DNA of 64,000 nt, taken from Patellaria atrata CBS 101060. Its lineage: Eukaryota. The notes below the pieces were generated by a model that was not told where the DNA came from, searched no databases, and was given only the letters and a program-made list of their open reading frames with translations. The stretch is from assembly GCA_010093705.1 (NCBI GenBank), contig MU006112.1, positions 124,001 to 188,000 on the forward strand. Reading direction: 5' to 3'. Shown here in pieces: positions 14,326-27,800 of the stretch. Every line of letters starts with the position of its first letter. Position 1 is the stretch's first letter. The position numbers and the translations under genes were made by a program.

Positions 14326-14911
14326 GATGAAGCGGTGCTGGTATCGTGAGGTATTTGTTTCGCTGCGGGCTCTTCTTCTGAGGAAAGAAAGGTGAGGCAC
14401 AATGGCATATGAAATGGAAAGGTATGGAGTTGCTGCCAAGCCACTTTGCGGGAAAGTTCCGCCCGGACCCTCTCGCTACCTCGGAAGTCGGGAGTGTCAG
14501 TCTCCCGAGAGAACGGTTTGAGCGAACGACGGCAACCATCAGAGCTGTATATAGTATGGTAAATGATGAATGGAAGCGAATCATTCAGATTATACAGAAA
14601 ATACATACGAGCCATCCAATTCGACGTTGCGGATGAACATGATTGGTGTTGGTCCGAAGATTTTGGTCCGTATGGGACTACCGAATCGGGAAAGTGTGGA
14701 GAGAGGGCATGAAAGGGGCTCTGTGGGGTACGCGTCTGCTGAATAAAAGCTTCAAGCTGCTAAGCTATATATACACTGGGTAGAGATTGATATAAAACCA
14801 TCCACCTTTGCACAATCGAAGTCATTTACCATTTTATTTACCAGGATTATCTACTTCCTCAATTCACACTCGAAGTAGCATACAATCAACACCCCCTCCA
14901 AATTCCCACAA

Positions 14912-15620
14912 ATGACAGTCTTCGATATCAAAATCCGCTCTGATACCGTCTGCCCCTGGGTAAATAACTATGAAATCCCTCATAACCTCGAACTAACTTC
15001 TTCACCAGTGTTACATCGGCCTCCGCCGCCTCAACCGCGCCATAACTCTCTACAAACGCGTCTACCCCTCCGGCAGCGCCGATACCTTCCGCATAACCCA
15101 CATGCCGTACTACCTGAATCCCGCCTTTCCATCGCCGGGTCTGCCCACATCCGCGCTCATGGAATCCCGCATGGGCCCGGAAAAGACGCCCATCGCGAAG
15201 GCGCGCATGGAACAGATCGGGATGTCCGAGGGGATATTTTTCAGGTGGGGCGGACGGACGGGGAATACGAGAGACTCGCATCGTCTCGTTGAACTGGCGA
15301 AGCGGAAGGGACAGGAGGTGCAGGAGACGGTGGTGGAGAGCCTTTTCCGGGCATGCTTTGAGGAGGAGATGGATGTGAGTCTTTTTGAGACGTTGGTGAT
15401 GTGTGGGAGGAGAGCCGGGTTGGAAGAGCAGGAGGTCCGGGAGTGGTTGGAGAGTGGGAAGGGTGGGGATGTGGTGGATCGGGAGGCGGAGGAGGGGAGC
15501 GCCGAAGGGAGAGGTGTCCCGAAGTTTTATATTCAGGGAGTGCATATGTTGGAGGGCGCGGAGGATGTTGGGGCGTTTCTTGAGGTGTTTGCGAAAATCA
15601 AGGGGGACATGGAGTATTGA
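14912..15620 (+). CDS. DsbA/FrnE-like thioredoxin-fold protein
   Basis: Splicing intron 14960-15008 forms SDTVCPWCYIG (CxxC). Also GNTRDSHRLV and the cis-Pro loop GVPKF. Confidence 0.9.
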
Positions 15621-15706
15621 GAGATGATTTCGCAGTGATCGTAACCTGTTGAATATTTTTCTGGAACCGTTGTGATGGTTTCATTTCTTAGGTAGTGGAA
15701 AACTGG

Positions 15707-18103
15707 TCAAGCAGTCAATCTGCGATCGATTTTCACTTCTCGCGTTCCCTCTGTCGTAACCTTAAAACCCGTGGCCTCCATCTCGTCCCAGACATGCGGA
15801 TATTTCTCCTTAATCCACTCCTCAACGCCCTTCTTCTGATTGTTGCTCCTGGTAGCGTTATAGCAGGTCCCCAATCTATCAAGCCATTAGCAATAAGGTA
15901 ATCAATATAAAACTATAGGAACTTACATCTTTAAATCCGGTTGAGTACCAAACTCATCCTCAATCGCATCAACGAAAGCTTTAACCTCCTCGTGAAGATG
16001 ATTCCCAGCAAGGGCACCAACATAGCTCGCCAGAATATCGCTCGAGATATCAATATCCATTTGCCTGATGCGTTCCCAAACAGGTTTCGCTCGATCTTCG
16101 CCGAATGGAGCCTTCTCGCACGCCATGAACATGATTTTTAGACTGTTAAAGCTAGGCCCCTCCCGCGAGTTGATAATTTGATCCCAGAAAGCATAAGCAC
16201 GTCGAGGTTCCCCGCAAGCAATGTATGCTATCATCAACGCGTTGTTTAGACGTGTATCAGGTTCGATCTCGAAGTCGAGTTTGAGCTGGTTATTCAAGAG
16301 CTCTAGATTGTCTATATCTTTCGCACGCCCCATCCCCTCTAGCGCCTTTATATACGTATCACGGTTTGCGCGGGTGTCTGGTCTACTATGCTGTCTCATA
16401 TGGTTGAAGACGTGGAAGGCCATATCCCCCTTCTTCCGTCTGAAGAATTCCTCCATGATCTGCATCCGTATGTCTCTACCCGTCTCTTCAAACAACTGAT
16501 GGAAGATCATGTATGTATCCCAAAGTAATGCTGTATTGATCGCGGGATCTAAGCAGAAATCTACAAAGACGTCTCGAACCTTTGAGCGTTCTTCTAATGA
16601 GAAATGGAAAGCATGGGTTTGTATAAGGTCAATGACATCGTGGAGTTCATCTCTTTTCAGGTGAAGCACGCAAAGCGCGGATACTGTGTCCGGTTCGAAT
16701 CGCATTTTCCGCTCGTTCACGTCCTCAACGACTTCCATAATAGAGGTGAATCTGTACCGGCCCGGTACGCACATAGCTTGGATCAACTGATTGGTGATTG
16801 GTCCATCTAAGTCTTCGTGCACCTCTTCGGCCCGCAACTTTCTGTATGCAGCTAGGGCTCCATCGATATCACCTACAGATATCCGGTATTGCATCTGTAA
16901 GATGAATGTTTGTGCATTTGGATGAATGTTCCACTTCTGACCCAAGATTGTACACCTCTCTGCCAGATATGGATCCTTTTTCGAGATTGCAAACTCAACT
17001 AGTCCGTTGATAGTGACGATATCTGGGTTCTCATCAGGTCTGCCAATATTTTTATTCGTTCGAACCATGACGTTCATTATCCGATCCAGCTCTTCAACTC
17101 CTTTTCCAGTTCCAGCGGCCCAGATTAGTAGTGTATCCCATAGTGGTTTCGTTAGGGGTCGTTGTGTCAGATCCTCAATGATTGAACGGCCCCAAGTCAA
17201 GTCGTTTGCAGCCAAACATGCCTTCAGTGCCGATTTAACAGTATATTCATCCGGTTCGCCATCAGTAAGTTTGGTGTACCAATACTTGACCTTATCAAGA
17301 TCGCCTTTCTCATAGAAATGCGTAACTAGAACCCTCTGATGTTTCCTACTGAACAAACCATTTCTGGCCAAATCATCTGCAATTTCAAGCACATCTGTAT
17401 CATTTCCCTCCTCAGAAAATCCATAAAGTAACTGTTTATACGTTTGTTCGCCTACATTGTATTTCTGGATGAATTCTTTTTCTTTATTTACCAGCTCCAA
17501 AGCTTTACTAGTCGCTCCTAGATGGCTCAAAGCAATGATATAGTTGCCAAAAATCTGCTTTTCATAGCTGACAATATCGGGCCTAGCCATGCAATCATTG
17601 TATATTGTAGTCACAAGGTCTTCATGGGCTCGACTCCTATTCCTCGGGCGCCGAGAAAGGACAGACATGGCAGTCGAAAGACATTCCGTCCTAATCCAGG
17701 GCTTTTCAGCCACAAGTTCGCTCTTGGAGAGGTAAAGATAAGCTCTGTACAAGCTTGCAGCTTGAAAATCGAGGATTGCCCGTTTCTCCCCCTCTTTTGC
17801 CTTGAAAAACTTTTCCCATGAAATTGCAATTTTCTCCGGAGGTGGTAGCCGTGCTCTTATTCTCTCCATATGGGAGAACTCCAAAATCTGTTGCAATCCT
17901 GGATCCAGGTCCGCATCGCGTATTGGCCGCTTGGGCTTCTTTGACAATATCCATAATGATCTCTGTTGTATTGGAGCATGGAGCTTACTCCTCGAACTGC
18001 CAGTAGCGGCAACAGAGGGGAGATGATAAAGACAGCCTCTGTAGTATATAGGCTGGCTGGTAAGTAAATGGCGGAAAACGAGACGCGTGAGTTGGGACGG
18101 CAT
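15707..18103 (-). CDS. cia84: Complex I intermediate-associated protein 84 (CIA84), PPR-like helical-repeat mitochondrial protein
   Basis: 726-aa first exon with a basic N-terminal presequence and PPR-like repeats (PDIVTINGLVEFA, PDTRLNNALMIAY). Intron 15926-15876. Last exon ILGTCYNA...VEEWIKEKYPHVW...LTA ends at stop 15709-15707. Confidence 0.85.
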
Positions 18104-18429
18104 CTTGGAAAAAGTGGCGAGCGATGGGGTAGTAGCAGACTGGTATCAGTCGTGAGGGTTAAGTATCAACCCAGGGAAAGGGTACTAAGCAGACATCATG
18201 GATCAAGAAAGATAATTGTATGTGCAAAGTCATCTAAGAAAGATGAAGTGGCAAGACAATTGGTCAAGATGCGTCAGTATACGTTGATGGAGGAGCAGAG
18301 GTTGATAGCTCGCGATGCACGACCGGCAAATCCCGCGCCGACCTCCAGAAATTATATCCATCCCATCACGAGTCCCAGCTACATCTAGCTCCCATCCCAC
18401 CACCTTTTCCCATCCTCAATTGCTCCATA

Positions 18430-19263
18430 ATGTCTCTCTTTCGAACGACGCGGTTTGGAGCAGCCGCTCCACCCAATCGCTCCTTCACTCGTGCTTGGTC
18501 TTCCAAATCATCTAGCACCGCAGGCAAGATCTCCCAACCCTTTAATCCTAACTTCCCACTGACTGTTCTCTATAGGCCTTCTAGAAACCCTCTCCTCTCA
18601 ACAATCCATCACATCTTCTTCCAGCACCTCCTCCCCTAGCTCCTCTCCCAGCGCAGCATCCTCAGCAATCTCCCTCCTCGAGCGCACACAATCACCCGCT
18701 AGCGCCCGCGAGCGCCAATCGGCCACCTCCATCATGAACGATGCGACGGGACGAGCCTGGCGCGGCGACATGGAAATGATGCAGCAGCGGCGCTTCAGGG
18801 CCGGCGACGTCTACGCACCTCACGACCTGACCGGGGCTGAAATGCGGAAGTGGAGAGCCAAAAGGCGGAAGCCGGGCGCAGATCTTTTCGATCAATTGGG
18901 TATCAATCCGTTGACTTGTTACAAGGTACGTGCGCTCTATGTCCTTTACTGTTAGAGTTACATGAAGGTGGAGGGGGAAAGTGGAATAAGGAGGAAGGGT
19001 TTTGGAAGGGTTGGATATTAGGAGGGGTTTCGGAGGGATGAGAGGGCTGACTCCCCAAGTAGAATTTCTCTATAATGTCCGAATATATGACCGAGATGGG
19101 CCGGATCAAACACTCCAACGAGACGGGTCTGAGACCCGTAAATCAGCGGAAGGTCGCGAAAGCCATTAGGAGGGCGATTGGGATTGGCATCATGCCGAGT
19201 GTGCATAGGCACCCGGAGCTGTTGGCAATACGGAAGAGGTTTAGGATATTCGAACAAAATTAG
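18430..19263 (+). CDS. RSM18: Mitochondrial ribosomal protein bS18m (Rsm18)
   Basis: Exons about 18430-18523, 18576-18925 and 19063-19263. Contains GDVYAPHDL, DLFDQLGINPL.YKNFSIMSEYMTEMGRI and NQRKVAKAIRRAIGIGIMPSVHRHPE. Confidence 0.92.
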
Positions 19264-19574
19264 AAAGTCAGAGATAAGAAGTGGACGGTCAGTTTGTTCC
19301 ACCTACGGCAGGAGCTTGTAAATTATGGTAGAATTATGCTCCAGAGGAGAATCTTTGTAGCATCAATTAGACACATTGGTCAAGTGGGTTTTCTTGTCTG
19401 TTCTTTTCTCGAATGGTAGTTGATAAATCTAGAGAGCGGAAGTGGATACGTGCTTATTCACATCGCTATATAAATTATACAGAAGGGTTTACCAGAGGCA
19501 CTGACGAATCAAGATCGAAGATTTAGAGACAAAATCCGATCGATTTGATATACATATATACACATCTAACCCAT

Positions 19575-20592
19575 TCAAAGCGCCCCGTCCGTCCTCAACG
19601 TCTCATTGCTCCACGGCTCCCCCGTCAAACTCGTCAACCCGGCCGAATTCTCGCACGTCTTCCTCCCACTCAGTGGGCCCGGAGCCGGGATCTTTACGCC
19701 AGTCACTGCATAACTCGCCTGCTGCTCATTTATCTCATTCCCACTCTTCACATTCCTATCATTACCTGTGATAGCCCCTTTGCCCGCTTCTCCGCCCAAC
19801 CCGCTTTCCCTACCCGTGGTGCCTGTCTGTTCCGCGGCATTCTGGAGAGCTTTGAGAAGAGAGATGGTGGTGTCGTAGGTCAGATCCTCGTAGTAATCGT
19901 CGTTGATCTGAACCATAGGCGCGTTGGCACAGGCACCGAGGCATTCGACCTCCGCGAAGGTGAAGAGGCCATCTTTGGTCGTTTGACCTGGATGGATGCC
20001 CAGATGGTCCTCAATCGCCTTCATGACAGAATCACTATCCCTCAGCATACACGGAGTCTGTACAAAAGTCAATTCCCAATCCCTTATCCATTCAAATTAT
20101 AGCAGGTGGCAATACCGTAGTGCAACACTGGACATGAAACTTCCCCACCGGGTCCCGGTTATACATCGTGTAGAACGTAGCCACCTCATAAACCCTCATC
20201 GGCGGCATTTCGAGGATCCGTGCGACTTCGTTCATGACACTGATGCTGGTGAAACCGTGCTGTCGCTGTCCAAGATCCAGGAGGGGCATTACGGCCGCCT
20301 TCTTGTATTGCGAGGGATACCGGCTTATGATCTCTTGGATGAGCTTTTCATTTTGAGGTGTGAATTTAAAGGGAATTTTCGGATTATTGACCGAGGAGTC
20401 TCTATGCTGAATCGGCGGTCAATTGATTGCTATATCGAATAGTATAGTGGCCGGATTCCAGCGACTTACCACCGCGAGGGCCTCGCTCCGTACGCTTGTG
20501 GATGTAGTGAAGGACTGCCATTGTGGTTTACGAGCTGGTCTCAGTGCTCTCGCAGCACTTCTAAGTACACGAGGGCAGATCTTGGAGGCCAT
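19575..20592 (-). CDS. nuo-24: NADH:ubiquinone oxidoreductase 24-kDa subunit (NDUFV2/NuoE)
   Basis: Start [10 protein letters not shown] at 20592, two introns. Contains [32 protein letters not shown] and the [2Fe-2S] ligands CTTTPC and ECLGAC. Confidence 0.96.
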
Positions 20593-20881
20593 TGTCGTGG
20601 TTAGAGTGTTTTCATCAGCTAACGTTGATGATAGAGATTCAAGAGCTTCTCGATCGGTAGATTCTCGGCATAATTATACCTATAAATTGTACCCAATGAT
20701 ATCACGCGGATTTCACACCTTTGCATCTCAACTCACGGAAGACAACATCAAGATCAAATATCAAATATATTTAGAGAATTGTTCATCTATCATTTGAACT
20801 TCATGTAAGCTTATCCGGTGGAGTTCCCATCTTCAGATGTTAGGAATCAATCATCTCCAGAGGCACATATGCCAGCAAACC

Positions 20882-21204
20882 TCATTCTCCTTTGCCCTGC
20901 TTTCCATAGAAGGCCTCCTCTCCACCAAGCTCCTTGAGAACCTTCTCGGAGTGTTGCTTGGAAGCTTCACTGGTATCTAACAAAGTAGCGTGTCAGTCAA
21001 TTGCTTAAGACTTCCTCAATGTGAAGCGGCAATATATGAGCATGGAGTAGCAGACTGTTACTTACTTGGGTTGCTAAGGTTGGCCTTGTGTCCCTGAGCC
21101 TTATTGCTAACGTCTTCGGGGCTGTTGTTGAGGTTCTGATCGGTCTCAGAGTAGCCTGCAGCCTTGTAGGCGTGATGTTGACCAGGTTTGGTGCTTTCAG
21201 ACAT
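20882..21204 (-). CDS. con-6: Conidiation protein Con-6 family small hydrophilin
   Basis: Missed by the ORF track. Exon 1 21204-21066, intron 21065-20977, exon 2 20976-20882 give MSESTKPGQHHAYKAAGYSETDQNLNNSPEDVSNKAQGHKANLSNPNTSEASKQHSEKVLKELGGEEAFYGKQGKGE. GHKANLSNPNTSExSKxHS is the Con-6 motif. Confidence 0.88.
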
Positions 21205-22054
21205 GATTGATCAAGGTTGAGGTGTATTAGATTAGGTTGATTGAGGTTCAGATGAGGTTTCGTAATTCAGAGTGTCGATTTTGTATCTTGTAAATTGAGT
21301 TTGATTATCAGAGTTTGTTATTGAGAAGCAAAGTTGATCTCTTATAAGTTGCTCTTCCTACAGTAAAGTGACGACATGGCAAAGCAGGTTATGTCATACA
21401 AGTACACCTGTACAATAGCAATAATAGTGCATTACGAAGTATCAAGCATTTCATACAGATGCGAAGTTGCCACTTCGACAGTCCAGACCTTCTGATACTT
21501 TTGTATCATTATGATGATAATTGGACTGTCGATCCCGTCAGGTGCGAGGAGCGCAAACGGGAAAAGCGGCAATTAAGGTAGAGACGTTGAAGGGTTGCTG
21601 CTTCGAACGGAATTCTACCCGACTTGGTGGTTCTCATAATGTCATAAAGGGAGTTCTAGTGTTCTACCCTACCTTTACCCTACCACAACATCACCCCTTT
21701 GTGCTTTTGAACTACAAAGCGATGAAACATGAATGTGAACAAGTCGTATTTACTGTTAATAGTTTCTGTGATAGCTATGCCGCTCACCATTCACCAATTC
21801 CATCGCCCATATCTTGCCATTGACTCCAAGTTAGAGATGGGAATTCCCAGTACGCCAATTTTATCCATGTTGATGCACCCCTACACATTTCGTGGGACTG
21901 CCTTACAATGCATAGTTGAAAGAGATCTGATTCTATCAAGACATTTGGGAAGAACTTATAACATAGGACGTTTTTCAGACGTCCTAAAGCTAAGGGTCAC
22001 GGCCGAAATGTGCAAAATTCGGCCTGGCAGAACATATCAACCTCATTAGTCAGA

Positions 22055-23749
22055 TCAGGAAAACTCGACGTTAAATTGCCATTGACCTAATAGAGTCTAA
22101 GTTAGCATTTTCTAAGAATTTGGGATGATCAATATCATACCGGACTTAAGATTCTCTGCGGTATCATTAAGAAGAATGATACGTCGTCTCTTGCAGTACG
22201 ACGTCTTGTCTAACATCTCAACCTTCAGCCCAGCTAGCTGATCTGTCGACTTTTCGAACATCTCACTGAGGTTCTCCACAGCCATCTCCAGATCTTTCTG
22301 ATTGTCCTCGAAGATTTCCGTAAGATTGTTCCGCGCAAGGTAATAAGCGAATGCGTACGTCCACTTGAGCGTTTGACGGCATTGTTGGAGAGCTTGGGAT
22401 GCTTCCTGAAGGAACTGCACCTCAATCCAGGACATATTCGATGAACTCTGGAGTTGAGTCATCTTCTTCTCTGTCTTGAGGTAAATATCCTTGTCAAGTT
22501 TGGCCGATTGCTCGTGATTCGCGTAACGATTGTAATAATGGAGATACCTCTCAAGGGACTGTCGAGACTTTGCCTGAGCGTCCCGAGCATCGCTGCCGCT
22601 CTTCTCTTCGTATCGATTACAGTTGTACCAGCTTGTTCCATGCTCAGACCAGACGCCCATGCACATCCAGCAGAATTCGTGACGACATTTACGGCAAGTC
22701 ATATGATTGCACCCACCATTCTTTTCAATCGTGGAATGACATTTTGGACATTCTTTAGTATTGGCAGAAATCCAGTTTGCCGTCTCGGAGTCATCCTCGC
22801 ATTTCTTCATCCACTTCTTGACAAGCATGCATGGTGCCGGTTGGTGGTCGTTCAAGGAACAACCGAAGCAGAAATGATGTCCGCATGAGCAGGTAACGGT
22901 AGGGACGATCTTGGTCAAATCCTTTTGCTTGACGCCACATTCGACGGCATATGTACAATCGGGGGCGGGGCACCACTTTAGGTTATTCATATCATCGACA
23001 TATGTACGTGTGAGTAGCTCATGGTACCTTGTTGAACAATTAGCTTATGACCTCTACCAGTATACATGGAATTGACGTACCTGTCCTTTAGGTCTTCGGT
23101 TACAAGAAGTTTTAGAGACTTCGAGTCTACTATTCTCTCGCATCCCTCCCCGGGACATTTTATCCTCGCAGCTTCGCCTTCATCTCTGATCTTAGATGCC
23201 AGATAAGTGCGATAGCAGTTCACACAGAATCGATGGCCGCACTTCATAGCAAACGTATCCAGGTCCTTACCATCTTCACAACAGATATCGCACATAAAAT
23301 CGTCCGCTTTGGTTATAGACGCTGACCCCTCCTTGTCTTCACTCAGTCCAGAGCTCTCCAGAACCTCATCCCGCTTATCCATATATGATTCTATCAAGCG
23401 TTCTTTATTCCATCTTGCGTGTCTGAGTAGGATAGCTGTTGACTCGGTAGGTTGTCCTATGACGGCGGAGACCTCTTCTACCTGCTTATCTTGCTGATCT
23501 TGGATTTGTCCGGGTCCCCAGACCTTGAAATCTACTTCATACGCTTGCTTTCGAGGTTTTATATCTTTGTCTTGAGAGAAACCGAAATCATCCGGCTCTT
23601 CAACGGCATCGAAGTCTGATCCATAAATATGTTAGCTTCAACAACACGTGAGTCTTGAAATCTTACTAACCTTCCCCGAGGCTATCCTCATCGTCCATGA
23701 AATCATCCTCGCTTGACTGAACACTGTTGATCTCATCGTCTGAATCCAT
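22055..23749 (-). CDS. Ariadne-family RBR E3 ubiquitin ligase (Hel1/ARIH1-like)
   Basis: Acidic N-terminus MDSDDE, RING1 (CDICC..CGHRFCVNC), IBR (WCPAPDC), RING2 (ECPKCHSTIEKNGGCNHMTC) and Ariadne domain (LERYLHYYNRY). Three introns; last exon GQWQFNVEFS with stop 22057-22055. Confidence 0.95.
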
Positions 23750-24884
23750 GGATATAGACACCAGTGTTTGAGGAGTTGCTGGGAGACCAGGTTTGGTTGT
23801 AATACCGGTGGTCTTCGTATCCGGCTTCTTTGGTGGTGGGTCGTCAGTACTCGAGGTATCAGCTATATCGATAATTTTACGTTTCCTAGTTATAGACGGC
23901 GTGATGGGCTCTTCTTAAGGTGCCGACCCGCCGTTATGACGAGACCGGCAAGATGAGGCTGTGGATTGGGATTTGAGAGTGTGGATTGTGTACCGAGTAG
24001 GCTGCTGTGGTCGTTGCTAGCTGAGGGTACAAGGCAGAAGCAGAAACGAGAGCTATCACTGGATAAGCAAGGCTTGTGTAAGACACTTTGAAAGGTAGAG
24101 CAGGGGAAAGAGGCGTTATCCTGTCAGGCAAACACGTCAACGGACTGGGCGGCGATACTGGAGAGGTCAAAAGTAACGCCCGCCTTTTACCTGCACCAAT
24201 CCGCTAGAATTAGACGGGGACTAGCCGCGACTCTTATCTTATCGTGATCTTAGTGCTAGGCTAAGCGTAGGTATCCGTACCGAAGGTCATTTACGTTCTT
24301 TGTGCTATTTCCATACAGTTCACTTTTTACTTTTCATTCACTTCAGTACGATAAATCATGTTCATATTTGTAAAGTAACGTGCACTGGACTCTTGCACCT
24401 ATTCTTCCCTGGTTATATTTCGTAGAACTCGGTTGCTGTACTCGTACCCTGTATAACAGCTAACATGCACCAGTGTCTCGCCTTCCCCAAGTATCAGTTC
24501 TGTACCTTATATAATAGTTGCTACGACGAACGATACGGCCCCTTCTCTGCTTGTACTGTACTGTACAAGTCTGTGTGCCATGAGAATGTTGAGGGCAACG
24601 ACAACAGTACAGGATGCAACGACTGACAGGGACAAATTATTGTTCATTATCAAATTTTCCACGGCATTGCTATCGATCTATCTTACATTTTTTTTCCAGA
24701 CCAATGATCACAAGGATCGTTCAAACGCCTAGAAATGCACTATCAGTACGCCCAGGAGATGCATATGCATCCACACTAATCCTAGTCACAATACCCCATA
24801 CGCCCTCATACTACAATAGCCAGAATATGTAGAAGGGTCATCAAGAAGACAACATGAACTTCATGGATCCTCGTTTTGCTTGAT

Positions 24885-27800
24885 TTATGCTGCCTGGCTA
24901 TCCGCTTCTGGTTCGATATCTGCTCCTCCCTCAACTGGGCCAACATCCATCATCGCGGCTTGAACATCGCTAGTTCCAGTTGAATCGCTCTCATGCACTA
25001 TTTGCTTCCATCCGAGTTCCTCACTTGGGTCCTTCACATACTCTAGAGTGGGGAAGTAGTGCTCATTCTTTTTCATCGATGCTACCCATGGGACATTATC
25101 GAAGGTCATGACCTTCATGCGGAAATAAGTGTTGTCTGGGATCTTGATTGCTTCACGAATGAATGCAGTCAGATCCGGTGTAGGAACGCCGTTGATATGT
25201 GTGATGAAGTTGGTCGGTGCAAGGCCGTACATGTAGGCCGGTGACCCGCGCATCTTGAAGCTACAGTTAGCGACGATTATCACAGGAAATGGGATTTACG
25301 ACTTACCCTTCCAGAAACATAGACGTCCGAGTGTACCTTACTGATCTGTTGACGTACAGCATGATGAGGTCTATGGAGGATGGCACCGCAGAATAATACT
25401 GCACGGTCGGTCTCTAAATCCTTAGTTGGGACGGTTGGGACTTTGATGTGCATCTCCTTGTGCTTCCTGATGATGACTGCATCGAGGACATCATTTTCAT
25501 ACATGATATCAAGGTCGGAGACACGCGTAATAAGTTTACCGTTCATTGTGAGAATGACATCTCCTTCATTGAAGCCTCCTTCATGACCAGAGTCAACTTT
25601 ACGGACCATGAAGAGTTGATGTCGTTCAGGATCTTCATTCTCGACACGCTCAATCCATTCTGTAGGAGTTAGCTATCATAGTCGGGCCGCTCGCAGAAAC
25701 CCTAAGAACATACCTTCTGAGACTCCCATCGTACGGACTTGGTGCATCTGGACAGTATGCGTTTCGACGTTTAAGATTCGTAGGTTGGGTTTAATGCCCT
25801 TTCGAATCTGATCTACAATAGGAAGTATCATCGGTGTAGCCATTCCTAAGTGATATTCCATATCTTTACTATTATGAGAGTTGCGTTCGCCAAGGTAAGT
25901 TAGCCAAAGAGCATGAACGGTGCCATCCTCCGTCATCAGAACACCGGAACCGCATTGGCCCGCGAGCCCCGTATCCACGGTAATAGCGTCAAGATTGATG
26001 GCCCTATATCTCGGAGTCTGGGCACTTGCTGGAATAGCTACTGTTGTGATATCGGTCACTACAGTCTTTGCCAAGACAGGACGTGAATTTTGGTTGAAGC
26101 CGAAGAAGATTATTTCATCACCCTGCTTGATGAATTCCGTAGCTAATTTTGCAGACTTAATTGGAGCTTTGACGAGACTTGGGTCATATTGAATAATGAC
26201 GTAGTTTTGCAAAGGATGCATGAAGACCACTTTGCCGTCAACTATTACGGACTCCGCAAAAGTGACAGTGATATCACAGAGATCGTACGGAACGACTGCT
26301 CTTGACACAATAACCAGGCCCTTCTCCGCATCAATTACTAGACCATGTCCAATCTTTCGAGTCTTCGGAAAACCGTCAAGCTTGATAGGCATCGTTGCAG
26401 ATATCCGGACGAAACTCTGCACAATCTCGACAACTTTGGGATAGTATTTGTTCTCCATGCGTATAAAATTCGCTCTTCTAGGGACAGGCGGGACGGCAGG
26501 AATGGGATCACCCAGATCAGCAAAGTCCCATAGGCCAGTGGTATCATTTCGTTTTGCTAGCCTCATCTTGCGAGACCAATGTCGATCGATCGTGTTGATG
26601 CTGGTGTTCAGCGTATGGAGATCACGAAGATGTTTATAAGTAACAACAACACGTGCTCGATCTACGCTTGATGTAAGATTCAGAGGAAACACTGTTGATA
26701 ACGAGTACACTTACCAGGTATGCCTTTCATAACGTTAATGAAGGTTTCCAGATTTGGCGTATCTTTATCATCGACGGATTGAATGAGCCAGCCAGACTCA
26801 CTACCGTCAAATCTAAAAGATCCCGCCGATTCACAAACGTACACTCCAACATCTTTGGTTGCAATTGCATAGAGTCTAGCCTGTTGATATGATATGTCGT
26901 GGAAGGAGGCTCCAGCGACCGTAAGAAAGTTGTCAGGTGTGATTGCATGAAGGTCTCCGACGTCTAATTCGAGATTTAGATCCTCTCCTCCCCGTTGCAC
27001 TAAGACTTGAATCTTGTGATCAACATGGGAGTCTAGGATGTCGTCCAGCTCGACAAACTTCGTTAAAAGGTTGCCGTTGACTTTGATCAAAATATCGCCT
27101 TCTTCAATTTTCTTATCAGCAGGACCTTTAGGTAAAACTGCTTCCGCAACTAGCATGCCAGTCTCCTCTGGGAACTGTTTCCGGGTTTCTTCCTCCCATC
27201 TAGATGTTAAGCCTAACCTTCGGCACTCATCGAACGGTTTGAGGAGCCACTGTACCTGTATGGTCCCACGGGGAACAAGCACGCCGTTTTGGATACATTC
27301 GAGTGCTCGTTTAGGCCGATCTAGGGGAAGAAAGTAATCCGTTGCAGCTCCATCCGCGCGGCCACCGGCTTGCAACGCGACAACGTACCCATCCACGTTC
27401 ACCACAGGACTTCCTGAACTACCACCACTAGCTGCAGCGGCCGCCTGGATATAGTTCGTATCTATAATATTAGCTGATGTTGGTATTTCTGTCTTTGTAG
27501 TGCTTACTGAAATCGCAATAGCCCTCGCCATAATCGGGAGCATTACGGTCCAAACGACTAATGACACCAGATAAGATACTCAGTTTCTCCCCTGCGTCGT
27601 TACCGACTACTCTAATTTCCACTCCGACTCCTGCTCAATGTTAGATAGTGTGCGCAATGGCGGTAGTCTTAACGTACTAGCAAGGTCCGGCTTCAGCTGT
27701 AGGGAAGTAATATTCATATACTTGATCTTTCTCGGATCGAATCGGAGGATTCCAAAGTCGTGGACAGGGTCACGATAGACAGGATAGACGTCACACTGTC

